NCBI GenBank assembly: GCA_963736335.1
Contig: CAVTOC010000006.1
Coordinates: forward strand, 1,122,828-1,186,827
Length of the DNA stretch: 64,000 nt
Source: an uncultured Actinomycetes bacterium
GTDB taxonomy: Bacteria > Actinomycetota > UBA4738 > HRBIN12
Reading direction: 5' to 3'
Each line of letters opens with the position of its first letter. The stretch's first letter is position 1. The translations under genes and the position numbers were made by a program. Under the pieces are notes generated by a model. It searched no databases. It was not told the DNA's origin and saw nothing but the letters and a program-made list of their open reading frames with translations. Of the stretch, positions 9,317-18,767 are shown piece by piece.

Positions 9317-9815
9317 TCAGCTGTTCGTGTCGTGTCTGCCTTTCAACTGCCGACCGAGCAGCTCGTCGAGGCGTTCGTAACCCTGGTTCATGCCGTCCGC
9401 CATGCCCGCGTCGACCATCGCGTCACGCGCCTGGACCGACTGGAACACCGAATTGGTGTGGACCGTGGTCCTCCCGTCGTGCTCCTCGAACGTGACCGTG
9501 TCCATCGAGACGTGGCCGGGTGCGCCCTCGAACTCGAACGTCTGCACGATGCCGTCGGGAGACGGTTCGCCGTGGAAGACACCGTGGAACCCCCACGAGT
9601 TGCCGGCGTCGTCGCTGTGCACGTAGCGCCACGTGCCGCCGTCGCGGAGGTCGTAGCGATCGATCGTCATCGTGTACTTGTGCGGCCCGAGCCACTGCGA
9701 GAGCAGCTCGGGCGTCGGTGAACGCGCGGTAGACGAGCTCGATCGGCGCGTCGAGCTCCCGGCTCGTCAGGACCTGCGGCACCCCTGGCTCGGCGGTGAC
9801 CTGCATCTCGGTCAT
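9317..9815 (-). pseudogene. SRPBCC/AHSA1-family protein, frameshifted
   Basis: The N-terminus MTEMQVTAEPGVPQVLTSRELDAPIELVYRAFTD (from ATG 9815) continues as PELLSQWLGPHKYTMTIDRYD... only after a 1-nt shift at about 9711-9716. The start overlaps the ArsR stop (ATGA). Confidence 0.7.
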
Positions 9816-10189
9816 GTCGTGCTCCTTCCTGTCGGATCGCCCGGTTGCGATCGGTCGGCTTCCTGCTCCTGCAACGATGCGAGCAGCTCCTCGAGCCGCT
9901 CGTAGCTCTGTTCCCAGTACTCCCGGTATCCAGACAGCCACACCGTCGCCTGCCGGAGCGGCTCTGCTCGAAGGTGGCTGAGGCGGGCGGTCGACCGACG
10001 GGTGCGGGAGATCAATCCGGCGCGTTCGAGGACCTTGAGATGCCGCGAGATCGCCGGCTGCGAGACGTGGAACGGCGCGGCGAGCTCGGCGACGGTGGCC
10101 TCACCCTCGGTGAGTCGAGCGAGGATCGATCGCCTCGTGGGGTCCGCCAGGGCCCCGAACACCGCATCGAGCTGATCAGTGACAACCAT
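9812..10189 (-). CDS. ArsR/SmtB family transcriptional regulator
   Basis: FGALADPTRRSILARLTEGEATVAELAAPFHVSQPAISRHLKVLERAGLI. Confidence 0.85.
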   Translation of the reverse strand: MVVTDQLDAVFGALADPTRRSILARLTEGEATVAELAAPFHVSQPAISRHLKVLERAGLISRTRRSTARLSHLRAEPLRQATVWLSGYREYWEQSYERLEELLASLQEQEADRSQPGDPTGRSTT

Positions 10190-10191
10190 CG

Positions 10192-10223
10192 ATAACCTCT
10201 CATTTATATAATGAGAAGGTTAT
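10192..10223. promoter_or_regulatory. AT-rich imperfect palindrome, candidate ArsR operator/promoter
   Basis: ATAACCTCTCATT-TATATA-ATGAGAAGGTTAT lies immediately upstream of the ArsR start. It is the most AT-rich patch in its neighbourhood. Confidence 0.55.
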
Positions 10224-10281
10224 ATAGGATGGATGATGGCAGCGTCAACCCATGCGATGAACGGTGCCCGGGGCTCCGACC

Positions 10282-11640
10282 TCAGCTGCCCGGGATCCGC
10301 AGGAGGATCAGCTGCCCCCGCTGCCCCTTAGCGGAGTCGATCCCGAGGTCGATCCCCTGCTGCAGGATGCTCGTGTGGTGCGCCTGCACGTTGAGCAGCC
10401 ACGTCCCCGGACCGAAGAACGCGCCGGTGTCGACCACGCCGCTCGACTCCCACACGCCCGGGCCGCCTCCGCGCTCGATCGCCGCGGGGGGAGGATCGAG
10501 CCGCGCCACCGGCGTGAGCACTCCGGTCGCCAGGTCGTACAGCAGGACCCGGTTGTAGCCGGAGCCGGTGTCGTTGCGGTCCTCCTGGATGAGGAGGGTC
10601 CGCGGGTCGATCCCCAGGTTGTCGGGGTTCACGATGTCGTCGCCGGCATCGCCGTCGAGCACGACCTCGAGCGTGGCATTGCGCGGGTTCGCCGGATCGA
10701 ACGTCATCCGGTACAGACGGCCGTGCTTCGTCTCCGACTTGTTCGCCCCCGTGTCCGAGAAGTACACGACGCCGGGGTTGCCGGGATCGGTGGCTGCGTC
10801 CTCGATGCGGACGAAGTTGAACGAACCGAGCGCCTCCGCCCGCTCGTTCAGCTGCAAGCCCGTGTAGCGATCGGCCTGGGGGATGGTCACGAAATGGCCC
10901 GAGAGTGTCTCACCCTTGGCGATGTCGTTCGTCGAGGGGTCGCCGTCGCCCCGCTCGTCGGGTACCCACACCGCGAACGCGCCGTGGCCGTGGATCGCGC
11001 CCGGGAAGTCGTCCGCGAAGTACGCGTAGGCCTGCGAGCGCAGACGGAACGAGTCCTCGGACAGGTAGACGACCGCGCGATCCAGGCCATGGACCGGCAC
11101 GACGTTCTCATGGTTGAGCGAGCCGAACTGGGGCGTCTGGACCACCGCGCCCGTCGTCGCGTTGATGGCGATGGACATGCCGCCTCTCGGGGACGCGATC
11201 CACTCCTCTCCCGTGAAGTACCACGGCGTCCCGTCGATCATGTCCATCGTCGACGAGCAGAAGTACTCGTACCGCTCGGTGCCGTCGATGGCGTAGGTCG
11301 CCGACACCACGTTGCCCTGCGGGTCGAGGGTGAGGTGCGAGACGCGGGACCAGGCGGGGTCGCCGTACCGGTACGAGAGCTCATGGTTCGTGAAGACCTC
11401 GAGCCGGTCGGGGGCGCTCTGGAAGACGCCGATGCCGTCGGGCACGCCGGTGTACTGGAAGTCGGCACCGACCCGGTCGCCGGAGCTGATGATCGGCGTG
11501 ATCTCCACACCGGGCTGCAGCGACACCAGCATCGGACGCGCCGCGGTGGCTCGCCGCGCGTCCCAGTGGGCGATCGCCGATCCCGACCATGCGGACGTCA
11601 TCGCGAGCGCCACGACGAACACCATCACCAAGCGCCTCAT
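10282..11640 (-). CDS. Secreted protein, possibly a PhoX/DUF839-like beta-propeller
   Basis: Signal peptide MRRLVMVFVVALAMTSAWSGSAIA. The beta-rich sequence with NHENVVPV, RIEDAATDP and VYFSDTG resembles DUF839/PhoX. The family call is tentative. Confidence 0.4.
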   Translation of the reverse strand: MRRLVMVFVVALAMTSAWSGSAIAHWDARRATAARPMLVSLQPGVEITPIISSGDRVGADFQYTGVPDGIGVFQSAPDRLEVFTNHELSYRYGDPAWSRVSHLTLDPQGNVVSATYAIDGTERYEYFCSSTMDMIDGTPWYFTGEEWIASPRGGMSIAINATTGAVVQTPQFGSLNHENVVPVHGLDRAVVYLSEDSFRLRSQAYAYFADDFPGAIHGHGAFAVWVPDERGDGDPSTNDIAKGETLSGHFVTIPQADRYTGLQLNERAEALGSFNFVRIEDAATDPGNPGVVYFSDTGANKSETKHGRLYRMTFDPANPRNATLEVVLDGDAGDDIVNPDNLGIDPRTLLIQEDRNDTGSGYNRVLLYDLATGVLTPVARLDPPPAAIERGGGPGVWESSGVVDTGAFFGPGTWLLNVQAHHTSILQQGIDLGIDSAKGQRGQLILLRIPGS

Positions 11641-11761
11641 GGACCCCTCCCTCTCGGCACGTGACCGGTGGATGGTGCCACGTCGGAACCGTCGGGCGTG
11701 AGCGGTTCCGGTTCGTGGGAGTAGCCTCGTGGATGGTTACCGATGACGCTTGGAGGGTCTG

Positions 11762-12673
11762 ATGGTGATCGCGGCTCGAACCGAGGACCTGTCGAAGACC
11801 TTCGGCGCGACGCATGCGCTGGTCTCCCTGAACATCGAGATACCGCAGGGCGAGGTGCTCGGCTACCTGGGTCCCAACGGGGCGGGGAAGACGACCACGC
11901 TCCGTCTGCTGCTGGGGCTGATCGGTGCGTCGTCGGGGCGGGCGGAGATCTTCGGCGTCGACTGTCAGGCCGATCCCGTCGAGGCGCATCGACGCGTCGC
12001 CTACGTGCCGGGCGAGGTCAACCTGTGGCCTTCGCTGACGGGCGAGGAGACGCTCCATCTGTTGGGCCGCGTCCAAGGGCACGTCGACGTCGCGTACCGG
12101 GACGTGCTGATCGACCGGTTCGAGTTCGACCCGTCGAAGAAGGTCCGTGCGTACTCCAAGGGCAATCGACAGAAGCTCATCCTCATCGCGGGTCTGATGA
12201 CCAGGGCCGATCTGCTGCTCCTCGACGAGCCGACGAGCGGCCTCGACCCGCTGATGGAGCGGGCGTTCCGCGAGTGCGTGGCCGATGCCCGCGAGCATGG
12301 CCAGACGGTGTTCCTGTCGTCCCACATCTTGTCGGAGGTCGAGGCGCTCTGCGACCGGATCGCGATCCTGCGCGCGGGTCATCTGGTGGAGGTGGGGACC
12401 ATGGCGCAGATGCGCCACCTCTCCGCGTTGCAGGTCGAGGCCGAGCTCGACGGGACACCGCCCGACGTGTCGAACGTCCCGGGCGTGAGCGCGGTGCAGG
12501 TGGATGGGAACCGGCTCCGCTGTCAGGTGACCGGTTCGGTGGAGCCGCTGCTCGTCGTGCTCACCACTGTCGGCGTGCACCATCTCGTGAGTCGGGAGCC
12601 CTCGCTCGAGGAGCTCTTCCTCGCGCACTACGGATCGGGCGGCCCGGAGGAAGGCTCGTCGGATGCGGCGTAG
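11762..12673 (+). CDS. ABC transporter ATP-binding protein
   Basis: Walker A GPNGAGKTTT, signature YSKGNRQKL, Walker B LLLLDEPTSGLD. ATG 11762 follows GGAGGG. Confidence 0.9.
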   Translation: MVIAARTEDLSKTFGATHALVSLNIEIPQGEVLGYLGPNGAGKTTTLRLLLGLIGASSGRAEIFGVDCQADPVEAHRRVAYVPGEVNLWPSLTGEETLHLLGRVQGHVDVAYRDVLIDRFEFDPSKKVRAYSKGNRQKLILIAGLMTRADLLLLDEPTSGLDPLMERAFRECVADAREHGQTVFLSSHILSEVEALCDRIAILRAGHLVEVGTMAQMRHLSALQVEAELDGTPPDVSNVPGVSAVQVDGNRLRCQVTGSVEPLLVVLTTVGVHHLVSREPSLEELFLAHYGSGGPEEGSSDAA

Positions 12674-14297
12674 GGAGAACGACGACGAGCGGCGTGCCTC
12701 GAGGGTGGTGGCCGTCGCAACCGCCAAGCGTGCCGGTCGCGGCGGCGCACTCTGGGGTTTGGTCTTCGGCGCGACCATCGCCGCGACCGAGTCCACGTAT
12801 CTGTCGTCGTTCCCCACCGCGGCCTCGCGGGCCCGGATCGTGCTCGCGGTGCAGGGCAACGCCGGGTTCGAAGCCGTGTTCGGGCCCATCCGCCGGATGG
12901 ACACGGTGGCAGGCTACACCGCCTACAAGACGACCTACTCCATGGTCATCCTCGGCGCGATCTGGGGGTTGTTGATCGCGACCCGCGTGCTGCGCGGGGA
13001 GGAGGATGCCGGACGCTGGGAGCTGTTCCTCTCGGGGCGCACGACCAGGGGACGCGCGGCGCTGCAGGGCGCGATCGGGCTCGGGGTCGGACTCGTCGCG
13101 CTCTGGGTGCCCACGGCGGTCCTTGCCGTCGCCGGGGGAAGTCCCGCGAAGGTGGGTATCGGAGCCGGTGCGTCGCTGTTCTTCGCCACGGCGGCCGTCG
13201 CCGCGGCCGCGATGTTCATGGCGGTCGGCCTGCTCGTGGGTCAGCTGGCCGCGACCAGGCACGACGCGAACCTGATCGGCGCGGGCGTCCTCTCGGCCTC
13301 GTACCTGATCAGGATGGTGGCCGACTCCGTCCCCGGGCTCGCGTGGCTGCGGTGGGCGAGCCCGCTCGGCTGGATCGAGGAGCTCCGTCCGCTCACCGGT
13401 TCCGAGCCGTTCGCCTTCGTCCTCATCGTGGCGTTGGTCGTGTTGCTGACGGTCATCGCGATCGGGGTGGCGAAGGGCCGGGATCTGGGCGCGAGCGCGT
13501 TCGCCAGCCGCGACGCGTCCAGGCCGCGAACGCTCCTGCTGGGGGGCCAGGCCGGTCTGACGCTCCGCCTCACGAGGCCGGCGGTCGTCGCCTGGGTGTG
13601 CGTGCTCACCGTGATCGGGCTGGTCTTCGGCCTGGTCGCGCAGGCGGCGGGGAGTGCCCTCCAGGGGTCGCCCGGCCTCGACCGGGTGATCGCACGCCTG
13701 GGTGGGAACAGCGCGGGCGCGGCTTCGTACCTGGGTTTCGTGTTCGTGGTCGCGGCCGGTCTGGTCGCGATCGCGGTCGCCGGCCAGGTCGCCGCGATCC
13801 GCAACGAGGAAGCGGCGGGCCATCTGGACAACCTGCTTGTCCGCCCGGTCGCCCGCGCGCGCTGGCTGGTCGTCCGGCTCGGCGTGGGCGTGGGTCTCGT
13901 CGTCGGCGGGAGCGCGCTCGTCGGCATCGCCGCGTGGGTCGGTGCAACGACCCAGCACGCGGGCATCGCCTTCGGCGACCTCGCGCAAGCCGGTCTGAAC
14001 GTCGCGCCCCCCGCCGTCTTCGTGCTGGGGATCGGCGCGCTCGCCTACGGCCTGTGGCCCCGGGGCGCGATCGGGGTCGCGTACGGCCTGGTCGTCTGGT
14101 CGTTCCTGGTCGAGACGTTCGCCGCCGTCGTCGATTCGAACCACTGGTTGCGCGACACGTCGCCGCTCCTCCACATCACTCCGGCACCGGCGGCCTCTCC
14201 CGATTGGGCGGCGGCGGCGTGGCTCATCGGACTCGGGCTCCTGGCGGCTGTCGTGGGCGTCGCGACCTTCGGACGGCGCGACCTGGTCGGCGCCTGA
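12663..14297 (+). CDS. ABC-2 type transporter permease
   Basis: 544 aa, highly hydrophobic. It overlaps the ATPase stop by 11 nt, as in ABC-2 exporter operons. Confidence 0.75.
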   Translation: MRRRENDDERRASRVVAVATAKRAGRGGALWGLVFGATIAATESTYLSSFPTAASRARIVLAVQGNAGFEAVFGPIRRMDTVAGYTAYKTTYSMVILGAIWGLLIATRVLRGEEDAGRWELFLSGRTTRGRAALQGAIGLGVGLVALWVPTAVLAVAGGSPAKVGIGAGASLFFATAAVAAAAMFMAVGLLVGQLAATRHDANLIGAGVLSASYLIRMVADSVPGLAWLRWASPLGWIEELRPLTGSEPFAFVLIVALVVLLTVIAIGVAKGRDLGASAFASRDASRPRTLLLGGQAGLTLRLTRPAVVAWVCVLTVIGLVFGLVAQAAGSALQGSPGLDRVIARLGGNSAGAASYLGFVFVVAAGLVAIAVAGQVAAIRNEEAAGHLDNLLVRPVARARWLVVRLGVGVGLVVGGSALVGIAAWVGATTQHAGIAFGDLAQAGLNVAPPAVFVLGIGALAYGLWPRGAIGVAYGLVVWSFLVETFAAVVDSNHWLRDTSPLLHITPAPAASPDWAAAAWLIGLGLLAAVVGVATFGRRDLVGA

Positions 14298-14672
14298 TCA
14301 CCGACGTCGGCGCGCTTCGTTCTCCTCGAGCCGGGCCTTGACGACCCTCTTCACGAGCGCGACGGGGATGGGCTTGTGCGCGTCGAAGCGGATGGTGCCC
14401 TTCCCGGTGATGTAGGGCTTCAGGTCGTCGCCGAGCGCCTCCACGATCGCCGTGCTCGCGGGGTAGACGCTGTAGTGGTCGGCGAACGCGGCGTAGTACA
14501 CCAGGATCCGACCGTGGTCCTTGAAAGCCGGCATCCGGTAGCTGATCGTCTCGGTCGCCTCGGGTGCAGCCGCCTTGATCGTGCGCCGAAGCTTCTCGAG
14601 GGCCGCGCGCGATCCTTCCGGAAGGGCGGCCATGTATTCGTCGACGGTCGTCGGTGCCGCCGTCTCACGCAT
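14298..14672 (-). CDS. DUF1801 (YdhG-like) domain protein
   Basis: TVDEYMAALPEGSRAALEKLRRTIKAAAPEATETISYRMPAFK. The start overlaps the upstream stop (TGATG). Confidence 0.75.
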   Translation of the reverse strand: MRETAAPTTVDEYMAALPEGSRAALEKLRRTIKAAAPEATETISYRMPAFKDHGRILVYYAAFADHYSVYPASTAIVEALGDDLKPYITGKGTIRFDAHKPIPVALVKRVVKARLEENEARRRR

Positions 14673-15238
14673 CAGACCGGACGTCCCTTCGTCCGGTAGT
14701 GCAGATGAACCACGCCACTGGCGAACCGGTCCTCGTCCTGCAGCTCGAGCTCGAGACGCACGTCGTGAGGCAGTGACGCGGTGCCGCCTCCCACCAGGAT
14801 CGGCGTCAGGAACAGGTGGTACTCGTCGACCAACCCGGCGCGGATCGCTTCGGCCGCGAGGGTCGGACCGCCGACGCTGATGTCGCGTTCCGCCGTCGCC
14901 TTCATGTGCCCGATCGTATCGGGGTCGAAGACGCGCTCGATCCGGGTCCTGGCGCTGGAGGCCGTCTCGAGCGTCTTGGAGTACACGATCTTGTCGGCTG
15001 CCCGCCAGGTCTCGGCGAAGTCGCCGACGACGGCCGGCTGGCCCACGAGCGGCATCGTCTCCCAGGCGACCATCACGTCGTACATCCGGCGTCCGTAGAG
15101 GTACGTGCCCACCGCGCGCTCGAGATCGTTGACGAAGGCGTGCACGTCCTCGTCCGGAGCCGCCCAGTCGAAGTTGCCTTCGACATCCGCGACGTAGCCA
15201 TCGAGCGAAGTGATCGCCGAATAGATGAGCTTGGACAT
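14672..15238 (-). CDS. Dihydrofolate reductase-family protein (RibD C-terminal domain)
   Basis: MSKLIYSAITSLDGYVADVEGNFDWAAPDEDVHAFVN...GRRMYDVM. Confidence 0.8.
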   Translation of the reverse strand: MSKLIYSAITSLDGYVADVEGNFDWAAPDEDVHAFVNDLERAVGTYLYGRRMYDVMVAWETMPLVGQPAVVGDFAETWRAADKIVYSKTLETASSARTRIERVFDPDTIGHMKATAERDISVGGPTLAAEAIRAGLVDEYHLFLTPILVGGGTASLPHDVRLELELQDEDRFASGVVHLHYRTKGRPV

Positions 15239-15302
15239 GACGCCCAACCTACTCAATGCGCTGTCGTTCGTTGCGAGATCCAGAAGGGAGAGGTTCCTCG
15301 TT

Positions 15303-16796
15303 CTAGGGCGTCGCCGTCGCGAACGGAGTCGGTGTCATCTGGCCGATGCAACTGGTATCCAGGCCGACCACCGATCCGGCTTCGAAGAACGCCCCGACGA
15401 TCGACGGGAGACAGCCGAAGTGCCCCACCGTGTGGCCGAGGGCCGGGACGGCGATCGAGAGGCTGTTCGGAAGTTCGGCTCCGGCGTCGGCCACGTTGGA
15501 CGGTGGATCCTGCGGGTCCTCCGCTCCGTTGAGCAGGAGGACCGGGACGTCGGAACGGACCGGTTCGGCATCCCCGGGCGGCAACGACGCCTGCGGCATC
15601 AACCCGCACCCGAGCTGCGCCGACCGGGCGATGTCGAGCTCGTTGCGCAAGAGATAGGAGCCGGCTCCGAGGCGCGCGGTCTTCCCGGGATCGAACCTGG
15701 CCCATCCCTCCGAACACGCGATCGACCAGTACATCACCATCGCCTGTGCCGACGTGCTCGGATCCTCGCTGGCGTCCCGGATCCGCTCGGCGATCGGTTC
15801 GATCGTCCCGGTCGCGGCTTGGTGCAGCACCAGGGGCACGTCGGCGCTGTCGCTGACGACGAGCAGCTCGTGGATCTCCCCGGCGAGGGCCGCGGCGTTC
15901 ACCACGATCGGCTCGTGGGTCCACGGGTCTCGGACGGCGGTGCGGACCGGGTGCCTCGCCAACCGTGCCATCGCGCGCTCGAGGTCGCCGGCCGGGTCGG
16001 GGAACGCCGCGTGGCACGCTTCGTCGGCTGTGCAGCGTTCGACCACCGAGTCGAGGGCCGCCTGGCTGCTCCGTGGTATGAGCTCGAAGATCGGCACGTC
16101 GAGCAGGGTTCCCCCGTCGAGCACAACGGACCGGACATGGGACCCGTGCTGTCGCAGGTAGTACTGAGCGAGCGTCGCTCCGTACGAGCCGCCGTAGAGG
16201 TCGATCCGGTCGTAGCCGAGCGCCGCCCGGACATCGTCGAGATCGTCGGCGGCCTGGGGACTCGCGTAGAAGCGGGGGTCGGCGTCGAGTCCGGCCAGGG
16301 CTTGATCCAGCCACGCGGCGAGCGTCACCGACATCTCGTGCCGCGAGAGCCCGGAGAGATCGGGAGTGTCCTGCCACAGCAACTCGTTCGAGCCACCCGT
16401 GCCTCGCTGGTCCACGAGCACGATGTCCCGGTCCCAGTGGACGATCGGGAACTGGTCCGGCGCGCCCCACCAGTTCTCCGTGGCCGCGCCCCCCGGCCCG
16501 CCGGCGAGGAAGAAGACCGGATCCGGCGCTGGGTCGGACGCCACCGCCGGAACGACCCTGACGTTGAGGTCGATCTGCCGACCCTCGGGGTGGCTCCGGT
16601 CCTCCGGCACGGTGAGGCGACCGCACACCGCCGCGTCGGGCCCGCAGGGAACCATCTGTTCACCGTCCAGGGCGAAGCTCCGTGAGCCGGTCGGGCTCAT
16701 CGGTGTCGCCGTCGAGGGCCGGGTTCCCGCGCCTCCGCTGCAGGCGGACATCGCGACCAAGAACACGACCGCAATGCTGAGACGGATCGATCGCAT
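15303..16796 (-). CDS. Secreted/lipoprotein alpha/beta hydrolase (S33 tripeptidyl aminopeptidase-like)
   Basis: Lipobox-like MRSIRLSIAVVFLVAMSACSGG. Nucleophile elbow GGSYGATLAQYY. Confidence 0.7.
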   Translation of the reverse strand: MRSIRLSIAVVFLVAMSACSGGAGTRPSTATPMSPTGSRSFALDGEQMVPCGPDAAVCGRLTVPEDRSHPEGRQIDLNVRVVPAVASDPAPDPVFFLAGGPGGAATENWWGAPDQFPIVHWDRDIVLVDQRGTGGSNELLWQDTPDLSGLSRHEMSVTLAAWLDQALAGLDADPRFYASPQAADDLDDVRAALGYDRIDLYGGSYGATLAQYYLRQHGSHVRSVVLDGGTLLDVPIFELIPRSSQAALDSVVERCTADEACHAAFPDPAGDLERAMARLARHPVRTAVRDPWTHEPIVVNAAALAGEIHELLVVSDSADVPLVLHQAATGTIEPIAERIRDASEDPSTSAQAMVMYWSIACSEGWARFDPGKTARLGAGSYLLRNELDIARSAQLGCGLMPQASLPPGDAEPVRSDVPVLLLNGAEDPQDPPSNVADAGAELPNSLSIAVPALGHTVGHFGCLPSIVGAFFEAGSVVGLDTSCIGQMTPTPFATATP

Positions 16797-16959
16797 CCGC
16801 GCGCCTTTCACCTTCAGGGGCACTATCGCTCTGACGAGCGAGCCGGGCACGGGTCTTCAGGACCTGATCATCCAGGACAACCGCCCAGGACGTGAGAGAG
16901 ATACGCCGCGGGGAGGTCGAGTAGGGTCGACACATCGGCATGCCCGGCAAGGTGGCGAC

Positions 16960-18321
16960 GTGGTCACGAACGTTCCCGAGGTGCGATACGCCCGCAACGG
17001 CCGAGTCGCGTTGGCCTATCAGGTGGTGGGCGACGGCCCCATCGATATGTTGTTCGTGCCGGGATTCGTTTCGAACGTAGAAGTCAACTGGGAGCTTCCC
17101 GCGTTCGCCCGGTTCCTCACGCGGCTCGCGTCGTTCGCTCGCCTCATGGTGATCGACCGGCGGGGCACCGGCTTGTCCGATCCGTTCGCTCCCGACGATC
17201 TTCCGTCGCACGAGACGATGGTCGACGACCTTCAGGTGGTGGTCGATGCTGTCGGTGCGGAGCGCGTGGCGATCTTCGGGTTCCACGAGGGCGGCATGCT
17301 GGGCGCGTTGTTCGCCGCCGGCCGGCCGGAACGGACGAGCGCGCTCGTCACGTTCGCGACCGCGCCGTCCGGCATGAAGACTGACGTCTACCCCTGGCAA
17401 TGGTCCGAGGAGGAATGGGAGCCCTACCTGGCGGACATGGCGGAACGGTGGGGTAGCAACGCCTACAGCGACCAGGTCCTCCGGTTCGTCGCCCCCACCG
17501 CTTCCCGCGACGAGCGGGTACGTGGCTGGTGGTCGCGGTACTGCCGTCTTGCCGCGAGCCCGACCTCCGCCACGACGATCGAGCGTATCTACAGCCGGAC
17601 GGACATATGCGAGATCCTTCCGGCGATCCACGTCCCGACGCTCGTGCTGCATCCCACGTCGGATCAGCACGAGGACGTCGAGGGCGCGCGCTACATCGCC
17701 GGTCATGTTCCCGGCGCGCGACTCGTGGAGCTGGCCGGGGCCGACGCCTTCCCGTGGGGTGACAACGCCGATCTCGTCCTCGCCGAGATCGAAGAGTTCC
17801 TCACCGGAACCCGTCCCGTGGTTGACCCTGATCGCGTGCTGGCGACCGTGTTGTTCACCGACATCGTGGGGTCGACCGATCTGGTCGTGACCATGGGGGA
17901 TCGCGCGTGGCGAGATCTGTTGGCACGTCACCACGACGACGTCCGCAGGTTGCTGTCCGAGCATCGCGGTCGCGAGATCGATAACGCGGGCGACGGGTTC
18001 TTCGCGACGTTCGATGGTCCCGCCCGCGCCGTTCGGTGTGCCGAAGCGATCGCCGCGTCGGCCGCGGAGATCGGGCTGCAGGTGCGTGCGGGCGTGCACA
18101 CAGGCGAGGTCGAGCTGGCCGGCGACGAGGTCCGTGGGATCGCCGTTCACGTCGGGGCGCGCATCGCCGCTGCGGCGGGCCCATCGGAGGTGTTGGTCTC
18201 CGCCACGGTCAAAGACCTGACCGCAGGATCAGGGCTCGTCTTCGAGTCTGCGGGGCGGCACGAGCTCAAAGGTGTTCCGGGCGATTGGCATCTCTATCGC
18301 GTCGTCCGAGCGCAGACGTAG
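16960..18321 (+). CDS. Alpha/beta hydrolase - class III adenylate/guanylate cyclase fusion (LipJ-like architecture)
   Basis: N-terminal RYARNGRVALAYQVVGDGPIDMLFVPGFVSNVE...IDRRGTGLSD. C-terminal cyclase domain LFTDIVGSTDL...[18 protein letters not shown]...VHTGEVE...GIAVHVGARI. GTG 16960 follows AAGGTGG. Confidence 0.8.
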   Translation: MVTNVPEVRYARNGRVALAYQVVGDGPIDMLFVPGFVSNVEVNWELPAFARFLTRLASFARLMVIDRRGTGLSDPFAPDDLPSHETMVDDLQVVVDAVGAERVAIFGFHEGGMLGALFAAGRPERTSALVTFATAPSGMKTDVYPWQWSEEEWEPYLADMAERWGSNAYSDQVLRFVAPTASRDERVRGWWSRYCRLAASPTSATTIERIYSRTDICEILPAIHVPTLVLHPTSDQHEDVEGARYIAGHVPGARLVELAGADAFPWGDNADLVLAEIEEFLTGTRPVVDPDRVLATVLFTDIVGSTDLVVTMGDRAWRDLLARHHDDVRRLLSEHRGREIDNAGDGFFATFDGPARAVRCAEAIAASAAEIGLQVRAGVHTGEVELAGDEVRGIAVHVGARIAAAAGPSEVLVSATVKDLTAGSGLVFESAGRHELKGVPGDWHLYRVVRAQT

Positions 18322-18335
18322 GAAGGATCGCGTTC

Positions 18336-18767
18336 TCAGAACTCGTCGGCGTAGTCCCACGCACGGAGTTCGCCCGGACCCGGCTCGAGCCGGATGATGA
18401 CGGGCTCGTCGCCCGCCTCGACCGCGGCTGCGTCGGCCTCGCCGACCTCTTCTCCATCGAACCGCACGGCCAAGCGCCTCAGCGTTTCGCCTGCGCCCTC
18501 CGTGAGGAGCCGGGCCGTCGTGTGCACCTCCACACCGCGGTACGGCGCGCCGTCCTCGAACAGCACCAGCGACGCGCGAGGGTCCCGCCGGACATGCCGC
18601 GCCTTCACATCGTTCGAGGCGACCGCGACGTTGAACCCGCCGTCTCGCCACTCCTGATACACGGGCGAGAGGAGCACCGTGCCATCCTCGCGATGCGTGG
18701 CAAGCACGGCCACGTGTGGCTCGGTCACCAGATCTCCGAGCTCGTCGATGGAGAGGTCGCGTCTCAT
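18336..18767 (-). CDS. PPOX-class (F420/FMN-dependent) pyridoxamine 5'-phosphate oxidase family protein
   Basis: LGDLVTEPHVAVLATHREDGTVLLSPVYQEW...ASNDVKARHVRRDPRASLVLFED. ATGA overlap with the upstream gene. Confidence 0.7.
   Translation of the reverse strand: MRRDLSIDELGDLVTEPHVAVLATHREDGTVLLSPVYQEWRDGGFNVAVASNDVKARHVRRDPRASLVLFEDGAPYRGVEVHTTARLLTEGAGETLRRLAVRFDGEEVGEADAAAVEAGDEPVIIRLEPGPGELRAWDYADEF

Noticed and set aside
12561-14174. Long antisense ORFs, for example 12561-14174(-), 2646-3650(-), 15253-16626(-), 16660-18150(-), 60166-61836(-) and 62197-63411(-)
   Set aside because: Each lies opposite a gene with clear family motifs. Their composition (R/P/G/A-rich) is typical of stop-poor non-coding frames in ~70% GC DNA.
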